This document shows, in pieces, positions 9,060-16,090 of a stretch of DNA of 64,000 nucleotides. Each line of letters opens with the position of its first letter. Position 1 is the first letter of the stretch. Where the stretch lies: positions 15,102 to 79,101 of the IMG/VR virus record IMGVR_UViG_3300025470_000019. One strand, written 5' to 3'. The translations under genes and the position numbers were made by a program. The DNA comes from a virus (taxonomy: Duplodnaviria; Caudoviricetes). The notes beneath the pieces were generated by a model. It had not been told where the DNA came from, made no database searches, and saw nothing but the letters and a program-made list of their open reading frames with translations.

Positions 9060-9271
9060 TAGCCTACCTGATCGATGAGAATGCTGAGGCTGAGGCTCGT
9101 GCCAAGATCGCTACGGCTGAGGGTGATGCTAAGGCTACCCAGATTGAAGCCAATGCTATCTCGTCTAACCCCCAGATCCTTACCCAGCGTATGATCGAAA
9201 AGTGGGACGGTCACTATCCTCAGTACGTTGGTGGCGGCTTGCCTCTGCCGACCCTCGCGATCAAGAAGTAA
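9060..9271 (+). pseudogene. C-terminal fragment of an SPFH/band-7 protein
   Basis: AEAEARAKIATAEGDAKA...IEKWDGHYPQYVGG with no credible start or RBS. Confidence 0.6.
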
Positions 9272-9280
9272 CTCCCGACT

Positions 9281-9315
9281 GTGAGGGAATCTTTTTTGGG
9301 TTCCCTCACTTTTTT
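9281..9315 (+). terminator. Intrinsic terminator
   Basis: GTGAGGGAA...TTCCCTCAC followed by T6. Confidence 0.8.
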
Positions 9316-9317
9316 GC

Positions 9318-9346
9318 TTTCTTTATTTTCAAATCTAGGTTAGAAT
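9318..9346 (+). promoter_or_regulatory. Early promoter, copy 7
   Basis: TTTCTT-17-TAGAAT. Confidence 0.85.
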
Positions 9347-9370
9347 GAATAATAGGAAAGGGAGTTTGCT

Positions 9371-9571
9371 ATGAAGTATGTCTTGATTATCGGTGGTATC
9401 CTTCTTATGGCTGGCGCTGCTGGGTCTTCGGACTTCTATGACCAGTGCAAGGCTGCGGCTGACTGTGTTGCGGGCGATCCCCCGAGCACTCTCCGAATCA
9501 TTCTCCAGAGCCTCGCTGGTCTGGCGATGCTGTTTATCGGTGTCGCTAAGTCTCTTCAAGATGACGCTTGA
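9371..9571 (+). CDS. Small membrane protein
   Basis: Two hydrophobic segments, RBS GAAAGGGAG. Confidence 0.65.
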   Translation: MKYVLIIGGILLMAGAAGSSDFYDQCKAAADCVAGDPPSTLRIILQSLAGLAMLFIGVAKSLQDDA

Positions 9572-9884
9572 TTCATTCTTTGAACCAGAAATGGTGAACG
9601 AAGTCCAGACGCTGGATGAGAAGATCAAACAGCGTAGGACGCAAATGCTGATACATTCCTATCGGTATTATGTCCTAGACGACCCTGTGATCACTGACGA
9701 AAAGTGGCAACAGTGGGCTGATGAGTTGGTCGAGCTTCAAAAGCGAAAGCTGAAGATTGGCTTCTACGATAAAGAATTCTCTGACTGGACTGGTGCTACT
9801 GGAATGCATCTTCCATTCGATAAGTGGATTAGAGACAAGGTAAAATACCTAAATAAAATATCAGTTGTTGACAATCAACAATAA
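9561..9884 (+). CDS. Protein resembling the N-terminal domain of NAD-dependent DNA ligase
   Basis: HSYRYYVLDDPVITDEKW...ELVELQ pattern. Confidence 0.65.
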   Translation: MTLDSFFEPEMVNEVQTLDEKIKQRRTQMLIHSYRYYVLDDPVITDEKWQQWADELVELQKRKLKIGFYDKEFSDWTGATGMHLPFDKWIRDKVKYLNKISVVDNQQ

Positions 9885-10217
9885 AGGCGGAAAGACTGGG
9901 GTTCGACTCCCCACACCTCCACCATCATTCATTACCTTTGTGGTGCCTGCTGGGCAGCAATGGCTTTCTCGGTTACTCGTAAGTGATCATAACGGTAACT
10001 GTGGATAGTGAAAAGGTCTCCTAGCGCAAGGAGATACCCAACGTGATGGATGATGATGGGGGTGAACTGGGATCGATTTTCGTGTAATAGGGCGATCGAG
10101 ACTGATTCGGTGGTCGAGCGACCAAAAACAATAAATGCTAACGATAACGAAAGCATTGCTCTAGCTGCATAAGCTAGACTAGGGTTCGGTGGGTACCTCG
10201 TAACAGAAACCCACCAC
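9862..10217 (+). ncRNA. ssrA: Permuted (two-piece) tmRNA: acceptor piece ends CCA at 9924, coding piece starts at 10058
   Basis: T-arm GGGGTTCGACTCCCC plus CACCTCCACCA precede GGGGGTG; the strands form an acceptor stem with G3.U70; tag ANDNESIALAA-stop at 10137-10172. The 5' end is approximate. Confidence 0.9.
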
Positions 10218-10221
10218 TTAT

Positions 10222-10250
10222 TCCCCTGTCGTCTAACGGTAGGACATCTA
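10222..10250 (+). pseudogene. 5' fragment of a tRNA (acceptor 5' strand plus D-arm)
   Basis: TCCCCTG-TC-GTCT-AACGGT-AGGAC closely matches the 5' end of tRNA-Gln at 14782; no anticodon arm follows. Confidence 0.7.
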
Positions 10251-10258
10251 AATATTTT

Positions 10259-10290
10259 GATAAATAAAACATAAGGATAAGATATGTTTT
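10259..10290 (+). promoter_or_regulatory. Late promoter with RBS/ATG-sequestering hairpin
   Basis: gATAAATA overlapping AAAACATA-aggataaga-TATGTTTT; the stem covers the ATG and the loop holds the RBS. Confidence 0.75.
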
Positions 10291-10919
10291 ATACAATATA
10301 TTCGATAACAAATTTATCAGATGGCAAAATATATATCGGAAAGCATAAAACCAATAATTTAGATGATGGTTATATGGGTTCTGGTACACTGATTCGTAGA
10401 GCCATTTCTAAACATGGTATCGAAAACTTTAAAAAAGAAATTTTATTCGTTTTCGATAACAAAAACGAAATGGACTTAAAAGAAAAAGAATTAGTCAATG
10501 AAAATTTTGTTTTGTCTACGTTAACCTACAACTTATCTTTAGGTGGAAAAGGTGGGTGGAATCCTAGTAAATCTAAAGTCGCATTTCTTGGAAAAAAGCA
10601 TTCCGAAGAAAGTAGAAAACGAATAGGTGAAGCTAGTAGGAATAGAATTCATTCACCAGAATCCAAAAAGAAAATGAGTGATTCTCGTAGGGGTGTCTCA
10701 AAACCCAATACATCTATTTCTCTTAAAGGAAAAATGAAAACAGATGAACATAAAAAGAAAATAAGTGAATCGCTGAAAAATAGAGATCCTAAAAAAGTTC
10801 CTAAGGGTTATAAAAGAAAATCTAAACAGATATGGATCAATAACGGAGAATATTCTACCAGAATTAACTCAGAGTTGTTGATTCCAAACGGATTCATCAA
10901 AGGAAGATTAAAGAAATAG
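10284..10919 (+). mobile_element. Free-standing GIY-YIG (Seg-like) endonuclease with NUMOD3 repeats, in the tRNA cluster
   Basis: TIYSITNLSDGKIYIGKH, YMGSG, KHSEESRKRI and HSPESKKKMS repeats. Confidence 0.85.
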
Positions 10920-10920
10920 T

Positions 10921-10996
10921 TGCTCTCTGGTGCAATTGGCAGCACGTCTGACTCTGACTCAGAAGGTTCCAGGTTCGACCCCTGGGAGAGCATCCA
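10921..10996 (+). tRNA. tRNA-Gln(CTG)
   Basis: Cloverleaf; TCTGA-CTCTGAC-TCAGA anticodon arm; U1-A72; encoded CCA. Confidence 0.9.
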
Positions 10997-11005
10997 ATTT
11001 TTTAG

Positions 11006-11034
11006 TTGACATCACAGTCAACACCGTGTATAAT
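11006..11034 (+). promoter_or_regulatory. Consensus sigma70 promoter upstream of tRNA-Gln(TTG)
   Basis: TTGACA-17 bp-TATAAT. Confidence 0.8.
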
Positions 11035-11051
11035 ACGAAAACAATTTACAT

Positions 11052-11125
11052 TGCCCCTTCCTCTAATGGTAAGAGAGCGGACTTTGAATCCGTCAATCTT
11101 GGTTCGAATCCAGTCGGGGGATCCA
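11052..11125 (+). tRNA. tRNA-Gln(TTG), mismatched, probably chimeric
   Basis: GCGGA-CTTTGAA-TCCGT anticodon arm, TTCGAAT T-loop, CCA; mismatches G2:G71, U7:C66, C49:U65. Confidence 0.7.
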
Positions 11126-11180
11126 CGTTTAACCGTTCTCAAAGCACGGTAGACCGTTTTCCATAACCCCTCTAGATGAC

Positions 11181-11440
11181 CTAAATACTATTGTTAATAC
11201 TGGAGGAAACTGCCTCCATTGACTCTTACACCAGCTTCAAGTCCTTATGTGGCTAAGAAAGCGATAAAGATTTCGGTCTTTATCACCGACGAAAACACTA
11301 ATGATTTTGCATTCTCAGTAAGAGGAGAATGGATGTAGAAGATACCTCTATAATTAATCTCGTTTCTGTATCTTCTCATAGCGTTATTGCCCCTGAATTG
11401 TTTTATACAGGCAATAATTAGCCAAGTCATTAAATTGATG
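11181..11440 (+). ncRNA. Candidate structured RNA or long 5' leader behind a late promoter
   Basis: CTAAATA at 11181; five hairpins of 6-9 bp, four enclosed by TGGCTAA/TTAGCCA (11250-11256/11418-11424). Confidence 0.5.
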
Positions 11441-11449
11441 AGGATACAA

Positions 11450-12022
11450 ATGAGACTCTTCGAACATAGAAAAGATTTTCCTTTTATAAGATGGGCTGAG
11501 GGATTCTTGCTCGGCGCTATCGCGATAATTGTAATTATAAGTCTGATTCCACACAATCAGCCAAAACCAGTAATCATTGAGAAACCTATCATTAAGGTTA
11601 TTGAGAAACCAACTATCGTCAAAGTCCCAGTCCGATTGACTGCCCATGACCAGCAACAAATCCAGTGCCTCGCCGAAAACACATATTTCGAGGCTGGTAA
11701 CCAATCAACAAAAGGCAAAATTGCCGTCAACAATGTTGTTATGAATAGAGTAAAGGATCCTTCCCACCGATTCGGTAAGACTGCTTGCGCCGTGGTTGCT
11801 CAAAAGACCAAAGGCACCTGCCAGTTCTCGTGGAAGTGTATGAGATTGAAAATTCATAGCCATGAACAATTCGCTGAAAGCAAGCGAGTTGCTGAACAAG
11901 TTTATCTTGGTAACGTCGGAGACGTTACAGGAGGCGCAAAATTTTATCACGCTAACTACGTAAATCCACACTGGAATTTGCATAGATTAATCCAGATCGG
12001 TGCACATATTTTTTACGCTTGA
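11450..12022 (+). CDS. SleB-like cell-wall hydrolase with N-terminal TM anchor
   Basis: CLAENTYFEA, VNNVVMNRV, CQFSW, GAKFYHA.YVNP.W, IGAHIFY. Confidence 0.85.
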   Translation: MRLFEHRKDFPFIRWAEGFLLGAIAIIVIISLIPHNQPKPVIIEKPIIKVIEKPTIVKVPVRLTAHDQQQIQCLAENTYFEAGNQSTKGKIAVNNVVMNRVKDPSHRFGKTACAVVAQKTKGTCQFSWKCMRLKIHSHEQFAESKRVAEQVYLGNVGDVTGGAKFYHANYVNPHWNLHRLIQIGAHIFYA

Positions 12023-12039
12023 TGAAGGAACACTATATA

Positions 12040-12267
12040 ATGAGTATGACTAAGATTAAAGAGTTGTGCGAAGTGATTGAAGAACTGGTTTGGAAGCACG
12101 ATATTCCTTACATGGACGCGATCGTTTTATATTGCGAAACGAATAACATCGAAATTGAAACGATCGCCAAGTTTGTTAAGAATAATGATATGCTGAAAGC
12201 AAGGGTTCAGATTGAAGCTGAAGGTCTCAATTATCTTCCGAAGTCGTCTACCCTTCCTATTGATTGA
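12040..12267 (+). CDS. gp33: Late-transcription coactivator gp33
   Basis: IEELV...IPYMDAIV.YCE...IEIE.I...LK..V..EAE.LNYL; located upstream of gp32. Confidence 0.75.
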   Translation: MSMTKIKELCEVIEELVWKHDIPYMDAIVLYCETNNIEIETIAKFVKNNDMLKARVQIEAEGLNYLPKSSTLPID

Positions 12268-12280
12268 ATAAGGAATCATA

Positions 12281-12859
12281 ATGTCTACAAAGTTGAATTT
12301 TAATATTGGTGGTCTCCCTATCCATCTTGGTGGTCACGAAAACGAGACCCACCTAGATGAAGGTGCTCTTGATTATATCATCAATACCTTTGGAGTTAAG
12401 TCGATGGTAGACATCGGCTGTGGTCCGGCTGGTATGGTCGAGCTGGCTCGCTCCAAGGGTATTGAAGTTCTGGGCGTTGATGGCGACTTTATTGTCGATC
12501 GCGCTGTTACTGATATTGTCATTCATGATTATCAGGTTGCTCCCTATGTCCCCGAAAAGAACTATGACCTTGCTTGGACTGTCGAATTCGTCGAGCATAT
12601 CGAGGAAGGTTATATGCGCAATTTCATCTCAACGATGGATAAGTGCAAGTATGTGCTGATGACTCATGCGCTTCCTGGTCAGCCAGGACACCACCATGTT
12701 AATTGTCAGACTGTCGAATACTGGATTCACATGATGAATGCATTCGGCTTTACTACTGATGTGGAACACACGAATGCTATTCGTGCTGCTTCTACTATGA
12801 AGGAACGCTATATCCGCGAACAGTCTCTGTTCCTCGTGAATAGAAATTATACCGGATAA
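12281..12859 (+). CDS. Class I SAM-dependent methyltransferase
   Basis: DIGCGPA motif I, VEFVEHI, PGQPGHHHVN. Confidence 0.75.
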   Translation: MSTKLNFNIGGLPIHLGGHENETHLDEGALDYIINTFGVKSMVDIGCGPAGMVELARSKGIEVLGVDGDFIVDRAVTDIVIHDYQVAPYVPEKNYDLAWTVEFVEHIEEGYMRNFISTMDKCKYVLMTHALPGQPGHHHVNCQTVEYWIHMMNAFGFTTDVEHTNAIRAASTMKERYIREQSLFLVNRNYTG

Positions 12860-12872
12860 GCAAATAGTGCTT

Positions 12873-12902
12873 TACTTTAAAAGAAAAGTAGAGTATAAAT
12901 AT
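12873..12902 (+). promoter_or_regulatory. Composite early/late promoter of gp32
   Basis: TTTACT-17-TATAAA overlapping the late box TATAAATA. Confidence 0.65.
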
Positions 12903-12967
12903 AACTGTGATTATGAATAACGTGAAACAAAACTGTCTATACACTGTAACACAAGGAAATAATACGT

Positions 12968-13918
12968 ATGTCAAACTTTGCATCTCTTAAGAATTCGAGC
13001 CAAGATTCTCTCCGTAAGCTGACCGAACAGGTTAGCAAGATGACCTCCCCATCGGGCGGTAAGGAAGAAGAAGCCAACAAGTTCTGGAAGGCTACCGTCG
13101 ATAAGACTGGTAACGGCTCGGCAATCCTTCGCTTTCTCCCTGCACCTGACGGTGAAGATGTTCCTTTCGTTCGTTTCTGGGACCATGGTTTCCAGGGACC
13201 AACCGGAAAGTGGTATATCGAGAAGTCGCGCACTTCGCTCGGCGAGAAGGATCCTGTAGCTGAATACAACTCGAAGCTGTGGCGCGAATCTGATAATGAT
13301 GATTCTCCGCAGCGCAAGCAGGCTCGCAAGCAGAAGCGTCGCGAGCATTTCGTTGCCAATATTCTCGTTGTCAAGGATCCTGCTAATCCTGAAAACAACG
13401 GCAAGGTCTTCCTCTACGATTTCGGTAAGAAGATTTTCAATAAGCTCAACGAACTGATGCATCCGATCGATGACGGTATCGAAGAAGTTAAGGCGATCGA
13501 TCCATTTAATATGTGGTCGGGTGCTGACTTCTACCTTCGCATTCGTAACGTCGATGGCTACCGTAACTACGACAAGTCGAGCTTCGGTGATCAGAAGGCA
13601 ATCAGTGATGACGATGACGCTCTTGAAGCTATCTGGAAGTCTGAGCATTCGCTGAAGGATTTCGTTGACCCTAAGAACTACAAGTCGTTCGAGGATCTCG
13701 AAAAGCGTCTGAACGAAGTTCTTGACCTCAATACTCATATCCGTCGCACTGATGAGCCTATGGCTCGTGCTGAGGCTCCTGTCCAAAAGACAGCCCAGCC
13801 AGCTGCTTCTACCTTTGACGTTGAAGAAGATGATGTTCCTTGGAGCAACTCTAGTGCAGCTACGACCGAAGAAGACGATGACATGTCGTTTTTTCGCCGA
13901 CTAGCCGAGGAAGATTGA
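12968..13918 (+). CDS. gp32: Single-stranded DNA-binding protein gp32
   Basis: GNGSAILRFLPAP, HGFQGPTGKWYIE, GKVFLY.FGKKIF, YRNYDKS.F, acidic tail. Confidence 0.95.
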   Translation: MSNFASLKNSSQDSLRKLTEQVSKMTSPSGGKEEEANKFWKATVDKTGNGSAILRFLPAPDGEDVPFVRFWDHGFQGPTGKWYIEKSRTSLGEKDPVAEYNSKLWRESDNDDSPQRKQARKQKRREHFVANILVVKDPANPENNGKVFLYDFGKKIFNKLNELMHPIDDGIEEVKAIDPFNMWSGADFYLRIRNVDGYRNYDKSSFGDQKAISDDDDALEAIWKSEHSLKDFVDPKNYKSFEDLEKRLNEVLDLNTHIRRTDEPMARAEAPVQKTAQPAASTFDVEEDDVPWSNSSAATTEEDDDMSFFRRLAEED

Positions 13919-13919
13919 T

Positions 13920-14516
13920 TTAGTCTAACTGGGATAGATGTTTATTTGATTTTAGATGTCTATCCCAGTTCATACTACCTTTAATAGACCTTGCACAAAC
14001 TTTACAATGATTAACAACCCTATTTTTTGCGGACTCTGATAATTTTTTCTTTGTTGCTTCTGAATGTTTAATTCCAACCGTTCTTTTTAGGTTCTCATGA
14101 ACAGGCTTGCCTTTCAATCTATTTGATCTTTCTTTCTTGGCCTGTTCTGAGTGTTTACATCCTTTTGGTTTTCCTTTTATCATTGGCAAACCAAGGACGA
14201 GTCTCACTTCGTTTGTCATGCCCTTTGTGTGGCTCCAAGAACCGTGGCCTCCAACTGTCATGTTATACGTGTCATCTCTGCGTATAAAGGCATCATTGAC
14301 AATCTGAGATTCTTTCAGATACATATCTTCTTCGGAATCCAAATAAAATAGTATTGTTTTTGTGAAAGATTCTACACCATATTTTTTTATAGCGGACTTT
14401 ATTGCGGTTCCTGAACCCATATATCTATCTTGTGGATTATGCGTTTTATGTGAACCTACATATATTTTATCATTGACTTTATTTTTGACTTCATATACAG
14501 TATAATAAATAGGCAT
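13920..14516 (-). mobile_element. Free-standing GIY-YIG endonuclease with NUMOD3 repeats and C-terminal Zn finger
   Basis: TVYEVKNKVNDKIYVGSH, YMGSG, HSEQAK/HSEATK, CKVC...H...H. Confidence 0.85.
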
Positions 14517-14586
14517 GCTGATTCTCCTACCATAGAGTTAGAGTGACTGGATACAGGAATATCGCGAGTCACATAAAATTATTTAG
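14517..14586 (-). promoter_or_regulatory. Late promoter plus conserved structured endonuclease leader, copy F
   Basis: CTAAATA-attttat-GTGACT-CGC-GATA-ttcctg-TATC-C-AGTCAC-TCTAA-ctctatggtaggagaa-tCAGC-ATG. Confidence 0.85.
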
Positions 14587-14609
14587 TAAAACAAGACTAA
14601 ATAACGAGC

Positions 14610-14663
14610 TAGTCGGGGAGGAAACCTTTCTTCCTTTCAAATCCTCCCCGACGAACAACTAAC
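14610..14663 (+). ncRNA. Candidate hairpin sRNA (tRNA-Ser leader) with an anti-RBS loop
   Basis: CTAAATA at 14597; perfect 11-bp stem 14612-14622/14642-14652; loop AACCTTTCTTCCTTTCAAA. Confidence 0.55.
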
Positions 14664-14753
14664 GGAGGTGTGGCAGAGCTTGGTTTATTGCACCTGACTT
14701 GAAATCAGACGTACTGAAAGGTACCGTGGGTTCGAATCCTACCACCTCCGCCA
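14664..14753 (+). tRNA. tRNA-Ser(TGA)
   Basis: GGAGGTG/CACCTCC acceptor stem, long variable arm, CTTGAAA loop, G73-CCA. Confidence 0.9.
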
Positions 14754-14781
14754 TCTATTTTAATAATATTAATAATTTTAT

Positions 14782-14855
14782 TGCCCTTTCGTCTAGCGGT
14801 AGGACCTCGCACTTTGACTGCGAAGACCGAGGTTCGAATCCTCGCGGGGCATCCA
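14782..14855 (+). tRNA. tRNA-Gln(TTG)
   Basis: TCGCA-CTTTGAC-TGCGA anticodon arm; CGAGG-TTCGAAT-CCTCG T-arm; U1-A72; CCA. Confidence 0.9.
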
Positions 14856-14870
14856 TTTTAGGAGTTTATC

Positions 14871-15290
14871 ATGGCAAAAGCAATTCTTGAAGAAATTGAA
14901 TTCAAAAACGATCTTGGTCAGACCATCAAGCCTGGAGACGAAGTCGTAATTGTTACCACTGGCTATAGCCATAGCGTTTCGACCAACAAGGGAACATATG
15001 TTGGCATGGTCAATGGTGGCGCATCTATTGTAAAGCAGGTCAAGACTTCTTACTATGCATTTAAGAGTAATGGCGAGAGGGTTCCACGCTCTTGGTGGAA
15101 TGAAATGTATGCTGAACAGCGTGCCTTGGTATCAGATGGACGCAATGCTGATAAAAACTATCGCTACTGGGCTGATCCTCAATATAAGGAAATTCAAGAG
15201 AAGCGTTATGCTCTTATCGAAAAGAAGTATGAAATCTTCCCACGGAAGACGACTCTGAAACTGAACCGAGCATATAAGCTCGCAGCCTAA
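14871..15290 (+). CDS. Hypothetical protein
   Basis: ORF with AGGAG RBS. Confidence 0.7.
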   Translation: MAKAILEEIEFKNDLGQTIKPGDEVVIVTTGYSHSVSTNKGTYVGMVNGGASIVKQVKTSYYAFKSNGERVPRSWWNEMYAEQRALVSDGRNADKNYRYWADPQYKEIQEKRYALIEKKYEIFPRKTTLKLNRAYKLAA

Positions 15291-15303
15291 AGGAAATTAT
15301 ATT

Positions 15304-15546
15304 ATGACTGATGCAACTGCAACTGATGACCGCCTCCGCCTTCTGATCGAACGCATTGAGCGACTCAATGAAGAGAAGAAGGGTATTTCTGACGATATCC
15401 GTGATGTCTATAACGAAGGTGCTGCTACTGGATACGACAAGAAGATTATGCGAAAGATGATTAGAATCCGCAAGCAGAATCGTGATGATCGTTTGAACGA
15501 AGAAGCTATGACCGAAACATATAAGGCAGCACTGGGGATTGAATAA
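15304..15546 (+). CDS. gapR: DUF2312 / GapR-like nucleoid-associated protein
   Basis: LRLLIERIERLNEEKKGISDDIRDVY.E....GYD.KIMRKMIRIRK. Confidence 0.85.
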   Translation: MTDATATDDRLRLLIERIERLNEEKKGISDDIRDVYNEGAATGYDKKIMRKMIRIRKQNRDDRLNEEAMTETYKAALGIE

Positions 15547-15752
15547 TGACAATGATTAAGGAATACTACGGGAACCAGCCTTTTGGTACTCGAACCTCGT
15601 CTGTCCATGACGACGTTAAGGGATATGTGGTTTCGTTTCTGGACAACAACCAAGTCTTGAATCGAATTATCTATCCCGAACTATCTCTGGCTGAAGATGC
15701 AGCCTCTGGTTGGTGTAATGGTCGAGGTGGACCGACGGTCTTGAATGGATAA
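15546..15752 (+). CDS. Hypothetical protein
   Basis: Coupled to the previous stop codon. Confidence 0.6.
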   Translation: MTMIKEYYGNQPFGTRTSSVHDDVKGYVVSFLDNNQVLNRIIYPELSLAEDAASGWCNGRGGPTVLNG

Positions 15753-15755
15753 AAG

Positions 15756-15780
15756 AAAGGGGAGCCAAGAGCTCCCCTTT
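15756..15780. terminator. Bidirectional intrinsic terminator
   Basis: Identical to the hairpin at 5871-5895; lies between convergent blocks. Confidence 0.85.
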
Positions 15781-15833
15781 TAGTTTTGAGATTCACCCAT
15801 ATTATGCTCGGGTTTCGATCTCAGTAATTATAT

Positions 15834-16079
15834 TTAGTTGTTGTCGTCGGTAGGTGCTTTTGGAGCAAACTTCTCCACTCCAGTAATACCCATGCCGCCA
15901 ATGACGATATACATGATTGCATTAAACATAAATTCTTCAACAGTAAACTTCCAGAACAGATTAGCAATGAAAGCAGTTGCCATAAGAACTGTGCAAAGAA
16001 GAACGACCAGTCTCTTTGACGATGGCGACCCATTAGGATCTTCCATGATACCTTTGATATAGCTAACGATTCCACCCAT
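15834..16079 (-). CDS. Small two-TM membrane protein (holin-like)
   Basis: PSSKRL followed by two TM helices and a polar tail. Confidence 0.55.
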   Translation of the reverse strand: MGGIVSYIKGIMEDPNGSPSSKRLVVLLCTVLMATAFIANLFWKFTVEEFMFNAIMYIVIGGMGITGVEKFAPKAPTDDNN

Positions 16080-16090
16080 TTGTTTTCTCC

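Noticed and set aside
9868-9896. TTGACA before the tmRNA as a sigma70 promoter
   Set aside because: No -10 box at 17 bp; it lies in a small hairpin, and the CTAAATA late box near 9849 is a better candidate.
11181-11440. RNase P RNA or group I intron identity for the structured region
   Set aside because: GGAGGAAACTGCC only loosely resembles the P4 motif and the other conserved elements are missing.
12971-13786. 271-aa minus-strand ORF
   Set aside because: Antisense shadow of gp32.
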